From Cyanidioschyzon merolae (Eukaryota): a DNA stretch of 64,000 bases. Below the pieces are notes generated by a model. That model was not told the DNA's origin, made no database searches, and saw only the letters and a list, made by a program, of their open reading frames with translations. This document shows positions 10,656-25,430 of this stretch, one piece after another. The position numbers and the translations under genes were made by a program. Within the stretch, counting starts at the first letter, position 1, and every line of letters starts with the position of its first letter. The stretch is from NCBI GenBank assembly GCA_000091205.1, contig AP006489.2. The stretch is one strand, 5' to 3'.

Positions 10656-12389
10656 CTACAGACGCTCTGTTGGCATGAGACGGTTCGGGCACTGCGTCGT
10701 ATTCCGAACGAGCCAGGTGCTGTCGGAAGCGATATGCGACTGAGCGGAGTTATCGCCGGGCGTTGCACAGGTGCTCGAGTTCGAGTACTCGCACGCGACG
10801 CGGTTCCATTCGAAGTACGCATGGGTATGGTTGTAGACAACCAGTTTTCCGACACCGAATGAGCCCTCGCGGAAGGCCGACCAAGATGGTTGCGGGTCGA
10901 TGAACGGCAGCGATGGACCTTCGCGGTTGCCGGCATCACCGAGTACCAGCTGCACTGCGCCGCACGGGTTGGTCTGATTGTTGTACACCGGATAGGTGCG
11001 CTCGTAGACGTGGACGTGCCCCACAAGTATCAAATCCACACCATACTTATAGATGAGGTCCTCCATGGCCTCACGCATCAGCAGGCGCGAACCAGTCCCG
11101 AGTACGGAGCAGTACCAGGGTACGTGGAACTGCACCACCAGCCAAGGCGTGCGTGTTCGGTTGACACGCTCGAGCGCACGCATTAGCCAACGGTACTGAA
11201 CGCTCTGCTTATCGAAACGAGCAAAGGAGGCCAGCGTGATCACATGCACCAAACCAGCCTCAAAGGCGTGGTATTCGAAGGTCGGGGACTCGGACTCTTC
11301 GAAGGGCGTCGCGAAACGGAACATGTACGCGACATTGTTCTCGTTGCCGGAGTTGAATTCATGGTTCCCATTGCACCACAGGTGCATCTTCGTAGAGAAC
11401 AGCGGCTCCATGAGCCGCTGCCAGGTATCCCACAGTGGCCAGTATGCGTCTGCATACGAGAGATCGCCGTGCAGCATCACGAAATCGGGGTTCACCTTGT
11501 TCAACATGTACTCCATGTTCATGACGCTGATGTTGGTCTGCCCGACATCGGCCCAGAGTCCAATGGTCATAGGACGGTCCTGGATACCCGGCTCCGGCAA
11601 GGTTGTAAAGTTACCCGAGAATTCGCCATCGATGTCGTAGTAGTACGTCGTTTGCGGGAGGAGATTATCGAGCTTCGCTTGGAAAACCAGCGGCGACTGA
11701 TAGAGTGCTGTCGGGTTGTTGTAGACCGCGAAGACGGAGCGGTTCTCCGGAATGTCTGCCACAGTGGTGTTTCGGTAGACGTACCACCAAGGTTCTGCCC
11801 AGGAGGCGGTATTCATGAATGCCGCTACCTCGGAACGGTTCAACGCGGGCGCGCCCATCGGCGGATTCCACAAGTAGCTGTTGTACTCTTGCATGCCGGA
11901 ATAGACCCTGGCGTTCAGAACCATTTCGTGATCAAGATGCGATGCATTGGTACCGTAGCGAAGCGTGGCCTGCATCGGTAACTCGGTATTCGGTAAATCG
12001 TTAATATCGCGAAGAAAACCGATGACCACGCGATCGTAGCGCAGGACGCTGAGGTGGACCTGTTCGACTTTACCGTGCCGCGACTGCACCCGAATATCAT
12101 GGAACGGGAGCGCCTCGCTCGAAAACTTGGGCCGAATATAGGCGCTGGTGCGAGATAACGTCTGCAGTTTTACGGGCATCGAGAGCGCACCACTGCAAAG
12201 CAGCACGAGCGTGCTCACGAGAACACATACTGCGATGATGTGGCGCATCAGCATGGCGTCGTTTACGTGGCTTTTGTTTCGCTGTGCACTGCCTTGGTCG
12301 TGCTGCACTTCGATAAACCCCAATGTATACCGAAGAAAAAGTGCAGGCAGAATTCGCAGCAGATGCCCACTGCCATGGATGTGCTGCAT
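10656..12389 (-). CDS. Purple acid phosphatase (calcineurin-like metallophosphoesterase, plant/algal type) with N-terminal signal or anchor
   Basis: 577-aa ORF containing the PAP metal-ligand motifs GDLSYAD, GNHE and VGHVHVYER in the canonical order. N-terminal hydrophobic stretch VCVLVSTLVLLCSGALS. Confidence 0.8.
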   Translation of the reverse strand: MQHIHGSGHLLRILPALFLRYTLGFIEVQHDQGSAQRNKSHVNDAMLMRHIIAVCVLVSTLVLLCSGALSMPVKLQTLSRTSAYIRPKFSSEALPFHDIRVQSRHGKVEQVHLSVLRYDRVVIGFLRDINDLPNTELPMQATLRYGTNASHLDHEMVLNARVYSGMQEYNSYLWNPPMGAPALNRSEVAAFMNTASWAEPWWYVYRNTTVADIPENRSVFAVYNNPTALYQSPLVFQAKLDNLLPQTTYYYDIDGEFSGNFTTLPEPGIQDRPMTIGLWADVGQTNISVMNMEYMLNKVNPDFVMLHGDLSYADAYWPLWDTWQRLMEPLFSTKMHLWCNGNHEFNSGNENNVAYMFRFATPFEESESPTFEYHAFEAGLVHVITLASFARFDKQSVQYRWLMRALERVNRTRTPWLVVQFHVPWYCSVLGTGSRLLMREAMEDLIYKYGVDLILVGHVHVYERTYPVYNNQTNPCGAVQLVLGDAGNREGPSLPFIDPQPSWSAFREGSFGVGKLVVYNHTHAYFEWNRVACEYSNSSTCATPGDNSAQSHIASDSTWLVRNTTQCPNRLMPTERL

Positions 12390-12788
12390 CCCGAGCGCTC
12401 CCGTTTGTGCATCAACCGTATCCCCCAGTGCACGCGATACGCATCTGGCGGACGGGATGCGTCGATGGACGCCCGCCGCAGCAGCGCGCTGGGCACGTAT
12501 GGCGACACGTGTCGTGTGCTGCGATGCAACGCCAACCCTGGATATTTTGGGATGGATATGTACTCATTGGCATACGAACTGATAACGGTTCGCGGGCGGG
12601 ATTGCATCGTGCAGCATGCCACAGGACATCGATGCATATTTATGAATATAAATGTATAAAATGGACATATGCAGGCCTGTCGTCTCTGGCGCACACAGGC
12701 CATCTACCTGCGTACGCGCTCCAAGCAGCAGCAGCGCCAGACTGGCGTACGCTCGTCTCGGCACAAGCCGGGCAGGAGACCAGCGCCG
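12390..12788. promoter_or_regulatory. Divergent intergenic region between purple acid phosphatase (-) and RPB9 (+); putative bidirectional promoter
   Basis: About 400 bp between opposing start codons. Inference from gene arrangement only. Confidence 0.3.
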
Positions 12789-13163
12789 ATGCCCGCTCGT
12801 TTCTGCAGGAACTGCAGTAATCTTCTCTATCCTCAGGAGGACAAAGAGTACTTTCTCCGGGAACGACGTCGCCGTCTGCTGTACGTGTGTCGAACGTGTG
12901 CGTACCGAGAGGTGGTTCAGAACCTCGCGGAACCCGTGCATCGTCACGTTGTGCACCACTCGGCTAGCGAAAAGACTACCGTGCGTTTGGATGCACCATT
13001 AGATCCGACGCTGCCGCGGACACATCACGTGACTTGCGCCAAGTGCGGCCACCACGAAGCGGTTTACTTTCAGTCTCCGGTGGGGCGCAACGACGAAGCA
13101 CTCGTACTGGTGTTCATCTGCGTGCACTGCAAGAATACGTGGCTGTCTTCGGACGAGCAGTAG
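12789..13163 (+). CDS. RPB9: DNA-directed RNA polymerase II subunit RPB9 (TFIIS-type double zinc-ribbon subunit)
   Basis: From Met41 of the ORF starting at 12669. N-terminal zinc ribbon FCRNCSNLLYPQEDKE...YVCRTCAY and C-terminal ribbon DPTLPRTHHVTCAKCGHHEAVYFQSP...VFICVHCKNTW match the RPB9 pattern FCRDCNNMLYPREDKE / DPTLPR...CPKC...FFQS. The 124-aa length is typical. Confidence 0.75.
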   Translation: MPARFCRNCSNLLYPQEDKEYFLRERRRRLLYVCRTCAYREVVQNLAEPVHRHVVHHSASEKTTVRLDAPLDPTLPRTHHVTCAKCGHHEAVYFQSPVGRNDEALVLVFICVHCKNTWLSSDEQ

Positions 13164-14126
13164 AGATGGTATCGGGACACGAAGTACCCAGTGGGGACGC
13201 ATGAGGCACAGCTTCATCACGCTTTTGTGTTCGTCGACAGCGCTGCTTGGGCGACGAAGCACCACGGTGCTCAGCGCGCGTGCTGAGGACGTTCTGGAGT
13301 CGATGACGAAAATCTCTCGCATACAACGGAGCTGGCGTTATCAGGCGCCATGCTAGGGCCAGCCCAGCTGCTGATACCTGTCTTGCTCTACGGCAGTGGA
13401 CACAGCAGGAAATGCGGCGAAAGTGGCAACGCCGGCTCTGGCCAGGTCCCAGAGACGAGTGCGCCCTGGAGCCACCGAATGAAAAGTGACTAAAAAAGCA
13501 TAGCGTTACGTTTCAGTACGGTGCCTGCAGTGACGAACGTCGACTCGTAACCGCGACATCGAGCGTACGATACTCGTGGACAACGATGCATGCGCCCAGG
13601 CTAGGGACGCGTGCCATGGTGACGCCTCCGCTGGCCTGCAGCGACGTAACCACAAGACCGCATCTTACGCCGTACATCTCCCGAGATGCTTGCACAGCAT
13701 GACGCCACAGCGGGAGTGTGCTCTAGTCAAACGAAGTAGATGCCAGAGACCGGCACATCCGCTGGAAGGCGCGGGGAGACCTCCACCGCCACAATTACAT
13801 TCCAGATCCGTCTCTTCTCCGTAGCAACAGCAACATCTAGTGAAACGTTTGCGCTGCGTATTCAACGCGGTGAGGAGCTCTCGTCGTGGGTCCATTCCGA
13901 ATCGGTGCTGACTCTGCTGCAACATCTGCAGCACCTGCAACAGGTAAACGGGTTGTGCTGTGTATGGTACTCGCATGCTCTACGCCTCTGTTCCAAGTCA
14001 AGGACGGAGCGGAGTTCTACGCGGGCAAGCTGCTATCGCTGCACGAGCGACAGAAACGCCTCCCGCAAGCTGGACGCCGCCCTCACTGGAAGCGCATGTA
14101 TGACGAGACTGTAGTAGGTCCGGTGT

Positions 14127-15269
14127 TTACACGTCAATAATTCGGGATAGCTTTTGAAGTCGATTCAGCAAGGCGTCGCCGTGCTTGAGAACCTCTTGAT
14201 ATAGCCCACTACGAGAATCCGGACGACTCGCTACGATGATGCCGGTAATTCGGTCGATTTTCACGCTCAGCCGATCTGCATTGATGAAACGTGCAAGCTC
14301 CGCATCCAGGAATGCTTCTCGCACCCCGAAAGCGGCAGCCATATTGGTGAGCGAAACGCTTTTGTATGCTCGCAAGTACTGGGCGTACGCGGCCAGCCGG
14401 ATCTCGCGTCCAAGGAACGCCTCATAGCGATGAAGCAATCGCTCCTTTCGAACCTGCTCCAGAATGGATGGTAATGTCTGCATGATTCGCAGATAGTCAC
14501 ATGAAACAAAGGCATTCAAACAGTCGCGTACAGCGGGATAATTGTCGATAACCTGCAAAACTTCCGGAGACGACGCGACGCGTTCTTGTAGAACGGGACG
14601 CTCCCTTGTTGCCAGACAACAGACTACAGCGTAGAAGACGAACTGAGGAAAACTGAGCAGTTCTGTTGCCGTGAAAGTAGCGAGTCCGTCGAGAAATGCC
14701 TCGGATGCCTCCAGCCACTCACCTTCGCAGTACATGCGGTGTAGCGCATCGTACACGCGCAAACGGTTCCGGCGCTCCCAGTCGCTGCCCTTGGCCAGCA
14801 GGTCCCGTGCTCGAGCTAGCTCGCGACGCATGAGTCTCCGATCTTCCATAGCTAAACCCAGGCGAAACAGGGCGAAGCAGATGTCGAGTTTCGGCCCAAC
14901 TGCCACCGTCTCTTGAAACGCCGCTTCATAAGAGCGGGTCGCGTTTTCTATGTCGCCGATGCGAGCCCAGAACGCGGAGCGCGCTTCCAGCGCCTCGCGA
15001 ACCTCGGTTTCACCTTCATGCTCGCGCGCGTCTTGGACGCGCACCTGCAGTTGCTTGATCGTCGACGCTATGCGCTCCCGCAGTGCGTCTTCGGAGACAC
15101 GTGCACTTGGAAGCAGCGGCCGTACCCGCTTCTCGTAAAACGGTAGCGCCAGCTGCGTGTCAATCGCTTGCTCGAGTTCCGAAACGTGCTTCCATCCATT
15201 GATGACCGCGAATGCGAGATCGGCGAGATCCAGAATAGGGTCGCGTTGTGTCTCTCCTTCGGTTACCAT
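14127..15269 (-). CDS. RPN7: 26S proteasome regulatory (lid) subunit RPN7, PCI domain
   Basis: Homology starts at Met180 of the 559-aa ORF (MVTEGETQRD...). KGSDWERRNRLRVYDALH, LDGLATFTATELLSF and the C-terminal KIDRITGIIVASRPDSRSGLYQEVLKHGDALLNRLQKLSRII match the RPN7 signature (GGDWERRNR...; ...NRPD...LLNRVQKLSRVI). The upstream 179 codons lack homology and run through a (GT)n microsatellite. Confidence 0.7.
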   Translation of the reverse strand: MVTEGETQRDPILDLADLAFAVINGWKHVSELEQAIDTQLALPFYEKRVRPLLPSARVSEDALRERIASTIKQLQVRVQDAREHEGETEVREALEARSAFWARIGDIENATRSYEAAFQETVAVGPKLDICFALFRLGLAMEDRRLMRRELARARDLLAKGSDWERRNRLRVYDALHRMYCEGEWLEASEAFLDGLATFTATELLSFPQFVFYAVVCCLATRERPVLQERVASSPEVLQVIDNYPAVRDCLNAFVSCDYLRIMQTLPSILEQVRKERLLHRYEAFLGREIRLAAYAQYLRAYKSVSLTNMAAAFGVREAFLDAELARFINADRLSVKIDRITGIIVASRPDSRSGLYQEVLKHGDALLNRLQKLSRIIDV

Positions 15270-18073
<2,804 letters not shown>

Positions 18074-18340
18074 ACAAGCTTGAAACGGATGCGCTCCCAT
18101 TTATCGAGAGCGCACGAGACTGGACGGATGTGTGGTACGCCCGCCTGCCTGCGATTGCGGGTATGAAAAGAGAGATGCCTTTCGGGCAAACCATTGGACT
18201 GGCCTCGGATCAGCATCAGCGTCGAGACGGTACTGACTTGTGAGTTTGAAAGAAGGGCTGACGCTGCAGGAACGCGAAGGTAAAGCTGAATCTGCGAGGT
18301 TGCAGCGGGTTCATGCATGTTCATCTACACCAGTGACAGA

Positions 18341-19703
18341 TTCAAATGGGACGCTAAACGGCTCACTCTGTTCCTGTCTGTCGATTTCTTCGGAATTCAT
18401 TCCTGATTCGTACAGCAGTCTCGACGTGAGAAGCGCGACAATAACGGCTGGCGGATTCATGCCGAATCCAGGAATGCTCCATCGACTTGTCAAGCTGGCG
18501 CGGTGGGTGCTCTCTCTCTCTCTCTCTCCGATCGAATACGTTCTATCGTCAGAGCAGAGATCACTCGCAACGCCCTCGAACACACACTCATACAATAACC
18601 GGTATTCGGATGCAATGCATAGGCGCCCAGGCAGCCACGCTTCTCCTGTACGCACACATAGCATACCCAGAGCAGGCGTGCTTCAAGTCTCCCGTCGTTC
18701 CGGTTCGAGGCAACTCGTGTACACGCGAACGACCAACGCTGGCACGACAAGACGAAACGCTTGACGTCACCGCTTGACGACCTGTTCACAAGCTCGTGCC
18801 CGACGGTCGCTGAACTCGTCACGGCACACGACTGAGTCGCTTCGGAACGCAAGTGCTGCTCGCTGGGTGGCCACGGACGTCACGGCACTCGACAGCGGCA
18901 CGCTGTCTGTGAGGGGATATGCGGCCAGAGGCTTCCGTCTCTGGTGTTGCCGTGCAAAAGCGTCTCGGACTCGGACTGGAGTCATCGCGGTGATCGCTTC
19001 GAGTGGAGAACGCGTCACCGTTTTGCGCCAAAAGCGAACGTAGACGCTTCAGGAGTTCTGGACGTGTTCGCCAGCGCGAGTATTGCCTGCAGCACCTGGT
19101 TCATCGTGGAAACCTGCGTCTCCGTTCCAGAAATCCTCTACGGAACGGAGACGCATGTACCTGCTCGTGTGCAACGGACACGGCACTCGACGAAGCGATC
19201 ACCCGGAAGAAGCGCGTGACAGTAGCGTGCCTCACTAGTCGGAGAAGCGGCGGATGCATCGACGGTAACCTTCGTCGCCCGTCCAGGGCGTGGACCTGGC
19301 GCTGAAGCGAGCGTTCACGAGACACAGGGTAGCGCTCTTAGGAGGGCGTGTGATGCTGGCGGTGCAGCGGTGCAGTGGTGCAGCGGTGCAGCGGTGCATA
19401 TCTGGGTACACCCGGTCATAGCTTAGAGTGATCGCTGCGACCAGCGTACCGCGGCCGTATACGAGGAAGACGAGCGTAGCCATCCGAGTGCAGGTCGCAA
19501 GACAGGTGATCACTTTTCCAGTTGCTGACGGCTGCTCTGAAGACGACAGATAGACCTGTGTACTTCGAGCCGGAAACACACAGTTAGAGAATGAAGCAGT
19601 CCAAGGAAAAGACCCCAGAGGCTTCCGTAGATGATGCAACTGTAAACAGGTCGAAACATTTGTGCATCCACACGTGTTGGAGCACCCGTTTCCTTCCAGT
19701 CTG
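18341..19703 (+). mobile_element. Interspersed element family A, copy 1 (~1.36 kb, non-coding, non-autonomous; class unknown)
   Basis: Near-identical over its full length to the copies at 23605-24967 and 28150-29523. It begins ttcaaatgggacgctaaacggctcac and ends ggagcacccgtt(t/c)ccttccagtctg. It contains a (CT)n run, an 8-bp minisatellite (gcagcggt/gcagtggt x4-5) and the conserved core at about 18880-19025. No long ORF with recognisable homology. Confidence 0.65.
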
Positions 19704-20262
19704 AAACAAGCATAGGAACACGATACAGTCTGTTCCATACCCGGGGTGCTTTCGTCCAGGTTGTGCGTTTACTCGGGAAATGTCGCATCTTGGACTCCGG
19801 GGACTGCACAGTGTTCAGCTGAGGCTCCTGCAAGTAACCTCAAACGATCAGCAACCTCATGCGAAGGCGTTCGAAAGGTCGTATCGACATCGAACGCCGC
19901 CTCCAAAGCGTTCCACAACAAGTACCCTCACGGCTATCGAGAATCCCAGTATCGAAATCGAGCGAAAGATACTTAGCTCTGGAGCTACGTCCGTCTCACA
20001 GGTCCCAGAATCGCCGCATGAAGCAAGCATATTCATCAACATGGGTAACGGTTCCCGGTGGGGTTACGAGCCGGCTCCTTTGCTTGGGGCGGCGAACTTC
20101 AAGCTCGGAAAACGCAGTCGTATGACAAGCACGCACGCAAGCACCATTTTCATTCCAAATGCACCGCTACCGCTCCAGTGCCGCCCTGATAACGAGCGCG
20201 TACACATCAGGCTCAACAACTGTGACGACGACAGCGGCAGTAGAAACGCCAGACGCGAACCT

Positions 20263-22296
20263 CTAAGGCGCTGATGGCAACGCAGGCACCATTCCAGAAC
20301 GCTCAATCAGCGCCAGTGCCTGCACCACTGTGGCATCATCGTAGGCATCACCAATGAACTGGATGCCTACTGGAAGGTAAACCGGCGGCTCGCTTCCCTG
20401 TGCGTCGGCAGAGGGCACAAGACCTACCGGTGCTGTTCCCGCCGGCAAACCAGCAATGTTTGCCACAAAAGTATAGGTGACGGCTTGCCAGGTCGCCCGC
20501 AGATCCTTGCAAGGTTTCCGATCGGGCCGGAACGCAACCGGAAGCGTATCGGTTGTGGGCAAGGCCAGCACATCCACAATGTTGCGACGAAACAGGGTTG
20601 CCAGTTGCACTCGAAGGGCCGCTCTCGCTCGCCGAGCAACGGCCATATCGGCTCCGGTGATGCCTTTCACCGTGTGCAGAACGAGACGACTCCCGTACTC
20701 AAGAAGCTCGCTGCGTGGTTTGAAGCTCCAGTCTGTGGATAAAAGACATTCGAGGGCATCCAGGGGCAAATAAATTGCTCCAAGAGCTGAGGCAAACGGT
20801 TGCAAAGATATGTGCTCCTGGGGTATCGTCACGAGTTCCGCCCAACCGCGATCCGCGAGCCGATGCAAGGCGTCCAGACCAGTGCGTCGAATCGCCGCCG
20901 AGGAGCATCGCTGCCACTCAGACAATGGTATACCAATGCGGAGCTTTCTCGTGGACCCAACCGCTATTTGTCCGGCATCGTTCAGCGATGCGCTCCATTG
21001 CTCCAAGCGGTCCAGTAGCATCGCCACAGCATGTTTCGCTGAACCTCTCGGAGCGTAACCATCTCCGCTCTCGTCAGCATGCACGAGCAAATGATCCATG
21101 CTCTTCGTGTTGGGTGACGTATCCTGCACCGCGGCGACCAGGAAGGCAACAAGATCAAGCACCGAGACTCCGAGGACGCCACCGTGGCCTACGCTTGAGC
21201 AGGCGATACCGGGGTCACCACGACGCGGAAGCAGAAATGCATGGGTCGGCTTCAATCCGAAAAGGCCATTCCAAGCAGCCGGAATCCGCACGCTACCGCC
21301 ACCATCGGTACCATAGGCAACAGGCACATGCAGCAGCGCGACGCGTGCGACAGCAGCCGCGCTACCCGTTGATGAGCCACCAGCGGCATGCCGCTCGCTA
21401 AAAGCACACGGCGGCATCGCATAGACCTCACTGAAACCGAGCGGGTCGAGTCCAAACTCTGTCATCTTCGTTTTTCCGAGCACAACGGCACCAGCTGCTT
21501 CGAGGCGTTCGATCAAGAGTGCATCCGCGTCGGCGACGCGAGGAGCGTCTCGGTATGGAGGGATCGTATGAATGCGCGTTCCACTGGAGGTCACACGTCC
21601 AGCCACATTGACCGAGTCTTTCACAACGACAAGCACTCCATCCAGGACTGAGAGCGGCTGAGGCTGCGGCTCTCTCGCATAGCGCTGTGCAGAGGCGTTC
21701 GCAGCTCGCCGAGCGCGCTCTTCGAATACCTGTGAAAATGGCGATGGACCCCATGCCGTCATCCCTCCCTGTTCCATCTTCCGGATAGCGCTTAGCGTAG
21801 ATTCCAGGATTTGCAGCGGTGTGCAGACTCGCTGTCGATATAGTTGATGATAGGTTAGGCAGGAGCCGGTGCGGATGCCGCGCTCTTCGAATGCAGTCGG
21901 TGGAGCTGCTTCCTGAACGGAAGCGACTCGCGTTTTCCCAACACTTGCGGAGTATGCTTCGCACAGAGCCCAAACTCGCGCATAGGAGAGCGCTTCTCGT
22001 GGCTGTCGAGTCGCTGAACTGCCATCGATGTGCCGACCCGGCAACGGACGCTCGTCTAGCGCACTCGTAGCGAGTGCCGCGGCGTCGACTGCTGTCGCTG
22101 AACCCTCCGCAGCACCCAGCTCAACGATCGAACGCAGCGTCGTGCATAGCCGGTCGAAGCTGAACAGTCGTTTCGTAAAGGTTGCGGCAAGCCACGAACC
22201 CAGGTTGCCTAGAAGTTCCAGGACCAAAACCAGCACACGGAGCGTTGTGCCGTGGAGTGACGTGAACCGCTTAGGCTTTCTTGGTTGCAAGCTCAT
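20263..22296 (-). CDS. Amidase-signature family enzyme (GatA/FAAH-like amidase) with a ~200-aa N-terminal extension
   Basis: 677-aa ORF. The catalytic Lys context VVKDSVNVAG and the Gly/Ser-rich amidase signature GGSSTGSAAAVA (nucleophile Ser) lie at the expected spacing. Confidence 0.7.
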   Translation of the reverse strand: MSLQPRKPKRFTSLHGTTLRVLVLVLELLGNLGSWLAATFTKRLFSFDRLCTTLRSIVELGAAEGSATAVDAAALATSALDERPLPGRHIDGSSATRQPREALSYARVWALCEAYSASVGKTRVASVQEAAPPTAFEERGIRTGSCLTYHQLYRQRVCTPLQILESTLSAIRKMEQGGMTAWGPSPFSQVFEERARRAANASAQRYAREPQPQPLSVLDGVLVVVKDSVNVAGRVTSSGTRIHTIPPYRDAPRVADADALLIERLEAAGAVVLGKTKMTEFGLDPLGFSEVYAMPPCAFSERHAAGGSSTGSAAAVARVALLHVPVAYGTDGGGSVRIPAAWNGLFGLKPTHAFLLPRRGDPGIACSSVGHGGVLGVSVLDLVAFLVAAVQDTSPNTKSMDHLLVHADESGDGYAPRGSAKHAVAMLLDRLEQWSASLNDAGQIAVGSTRKLRIGIPLSEWQRCSSAAIRRTGLDALHRLADRGWAELVTIPQEHISLQPFASALGAIYLPLDALECLLSTDWSFKPRSELLEYGSRLVLHTVKGITGADMAVARRARAALRVQLATLFRRNIVDVLALPTTDTLPVAFRPDRKPCKDLRATWQAVTYTFVANIAGLPAGTAPVGLVPSADAQGSEPPVYLPVGIQFIGDAYDDATVVQALALIERSGMVPALPSAP

Positions 22297-23604
22297 GAAC
22301 GCACTGAATCACCACAGCTTTCAGTGGATTCACGTTCAACACGCTGGACAGTGCAGGAACGCTCTGCCCCAATGACATCGCTTCGAATCAATGTGGGGAC
22401 GGGTTCGCGGATACTTGCATTCTCGGTCGATGACAGAAGCGGTATGCAACCTGTGGCACTTCTCTACCTATGCTCTGATGGTTCATGTTCGGCATAGATA
22501 GGTATGGTTGGTGAGGTTATCCCAGGGATTCGAGCTTGCCGCAAATCGGCTGGTGATATCTCGTATTCTGCGAGGCCGATTTTTTGCGGCTCTTGCTGTT
22601 GACACCACCACCACCGTCCGAGTAGCTGCTGTTGCGAACATCTCGGTCTGTGGAAGCACCTGGCTGGGGTAAACGTGAAAAGGCCACGGAATCGTCTAAA
22701 AGGATTTTGTAGACGGAACTTGAACACATATCTGAAACGTGTTTGCCAAGCGAACCTGTGCCCTTGACGTGATGCTGAACCAAGTGCGTACATCGCACGG
22801 TACCTGGCCGGTTTTCAGCATCGATCGATTCTTGTACCCCGAAAAAGGGAGTACGCGTCCGTGCACAAGGCATCAACGTTTAGAGAGCATCTGCATAGAC
22901 CGCAGCTTAACCCCTTCAACCGAGTCGTTCGCCTCGTTCGGATTCCAGGTACGACTCCTGCCGTGTTGACTGTCGAAAACATTCCATGATCGCTTGCTTA
23001 TCAGTACCGCATGTGGCATTACCAATGCAGGTACCTGTTCCGTGAGCCTAATCGTCTACAATCGCACGAGGCACAAGTTTGGTGCCTTGTTTTATATCCG
23101 ATTATCCGGAATGTTGAGCGGTATTGCATGCTCTAGCGCTGGCGAGCATGGACAACGACGATAGACAGAATACCTCGCTGGAATCGGTTATGGAGTGTAC
23201 GCTTTCCTCGCGACGCATAGCGCTCAGATGTCGTGGTGAGGCATACGCTGCGGAGTGTGGTCCCATGCAGACTGCCGGTTAGGATCGGCGTAAACGACGC
23301 ATTTTCGATCCAGTCTCGAAGAAAGGAAGACATTCAGATGATCCGTCGTGGAAACGGGTGCATTTCTGTTTCTTATCAGTCTTTCGAAGCTTTTCGATTG
23401 TACCGTTAGAGATCGCAACGATAGAGGCTACCTCTCACCGGATTGTGAACGGATGTGCGGCATCGACACCACAGGCACAGCTGTTATGCTCGTCTATACA
23501 ATCGCTACGTATCCCAGTTCCAGTCGCAGAACTGCTCCGTTCCCAGCAGAGAGCGATCCATGCTCCGCTCTGATGGTGTTCCAGTGCTCTGAAGCACTGT
23601 AAGA

Positions 23605-24967
23605 TTCAAATGGGACGCTAAACGGCTCACTCTGTTCCTGTCTGTCGATTTCTTCGGAGTTCATTCCTGATTCGTACTGCAGTCTCGACGTGAGAAGCGC
23701 GACAATAACGGCTGGCGGATTCATGCCGAATCCAGGAATGCTCCATCGACTTGTCAAGCTGGCGCGGTGGGTGCTCTCTCTCTCTCTCTCTCCGATCGAA
23801 TACGTTCTATCGTCAGAGCAGAGATCACTCGCTACGCCCTCGAACACACACTCATACAATAACCGATATTCGGATGCAATGCATAGGCGCCCAGGCAGCC
23901 ACGCTTCTCCTGTACGCACACGTAGCATACCCAGAGCAGGTGTGCTTCAAGTCTCCCGTCGTTCCGGTTCGAGGCAACTCGTGTACACGCGAACGACCAA
24001 CGCTGGCACGACAAGACGAAACGCTTGACGTCACCGCTTGACGACCTGTTCACAAGCTCGTGCCCGACGGTCGCTGAACTCGTCACCGCACACGACTGAG
24101 TCGCTTCGGAACGCAAGTGCTGCTCGCTGGGTGGCCACGGACGTCACGGCACTCGACAGCGGCACGCTGTCTGTCAGGGGATATGCGGCCAGAGGCTTCC
24201 GTCTCTGGTGTTGCCGTGCAAAAGCGTCTCGGACTCGGACTGGAGTCATCGCGGTGATCGCTTCGAGTGGAGAACGCGTCACCGTTTTGTGCCAAAAGCG
24301 AACGTAGACGCTTCAGGAGTTCTGGACGTGTTCGCCAGCGCGAGTATTGCCTGCAGCACCTGGTTCATCGTGGAAACCTGCGTCTCCGTTCCAGAAATCC
24401 TCTACGGAACGGAGACGCATGTACCTGCTCGTGTGCAACGGACACGGCACTCGACGAAGCGATCACCCGGAAGAAGCGCGTGACAGTAGCGTGCCTCACT
24501 AGTCGGAGAAGCGGCGGGTGCATCGACGGTAACCTTCGTCGCCCGTCCAGGGCGTGGACCTGGCGCTGAAGCGAGCGTTCACGAGACACAGGGCAGCGCT
24601 CTTAGGAGGGCGTGTGATGCTGGCGGTGCAGCGGTGCAGTGGTGCAGCGGTGCAGCGGTGCACAACTGGGTACACCCGGTCATAGCCTAGAGTGATCGCT
24701 GCGACCAGCGTACCGCGGCCGTATACGAGGAAGACGAGCGTAGCCATCCGAGTGCAGGTCGCAAGACAGGTGATCACTTTTCCAGTTGCTGACGGCTGCT
24801 CTGAAGACGACAGATAGACCTGCGTACTTCGAGCTGGAAACACACAGTTAGAGAATGAAGCAGTCCAAGGAAAAGACCCCAGAGGCTTCCGTAGATGATG
24901 CAACTGTAAACAGGTCGAAACATTTGTGCATCCACACGTGTTGGAGCACCCGTTCCCTTCCAGTCTG
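23605..24967 (+). mobile_element. Interspersed element family A, copy 2
   Basis: Collinear and almost identical (only a handful of substitutions by eye) to 18341-19703, in the same orientation. It carries the same (CT)n run, minisatellite and core module (about 24145-24290). Confidence 0.65.
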
Positions 24968-25430
24968 GAATTCATGAATACCTTATCTGATCTATATGTA
25001 GAGGTCGCGAGACCCGTCCGAACCCCAACATACGCATATGCGTTTTTTCCTGCACGTTGACGTGTCCATGGGCAGCGCCACTGCCGAAGACATACACGCT
25101 CATGAAACGTGGTATCTGGAGCGGCATCGATGTGATTTCGTAACACTCTACGACATTGCTGCTGACATCGACGCGAGCACAGGGGCATACGCGCTCATCC
25201 GCATCCGACCGTGGAGCCATTTCTGTCATGTGTACCAGATTCAAGAAAAGCCAATTCAAAGCAACCACTTGAAACATAGGGAATTCGTCGTCGTCACTCA
25301 CTTTTGCGTACTTGATCCCTTATTTAACCTGGTTCCCATTGACAATTTGTATGCTTTATGAACCAAAACAGGTCGCGTACGAAAACGAATCTGGCGCGAC
25401 CTTGTTCGAATCGTTTTGGCTTGTACTTGA

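Noticed and set aside
13886-14140. 84-aa ORF with a faint Sm-like or Tudor-like pattern (KRVVLCMVLACSTPLFQVKDGAEFYAGKLL)
   Set aside because: The resemblance is limited to a few residues and the downstream Sm2 or aromatic-cage positions are absent. It also overlaps the 3' end of RPN7. Evidence is insufficient.
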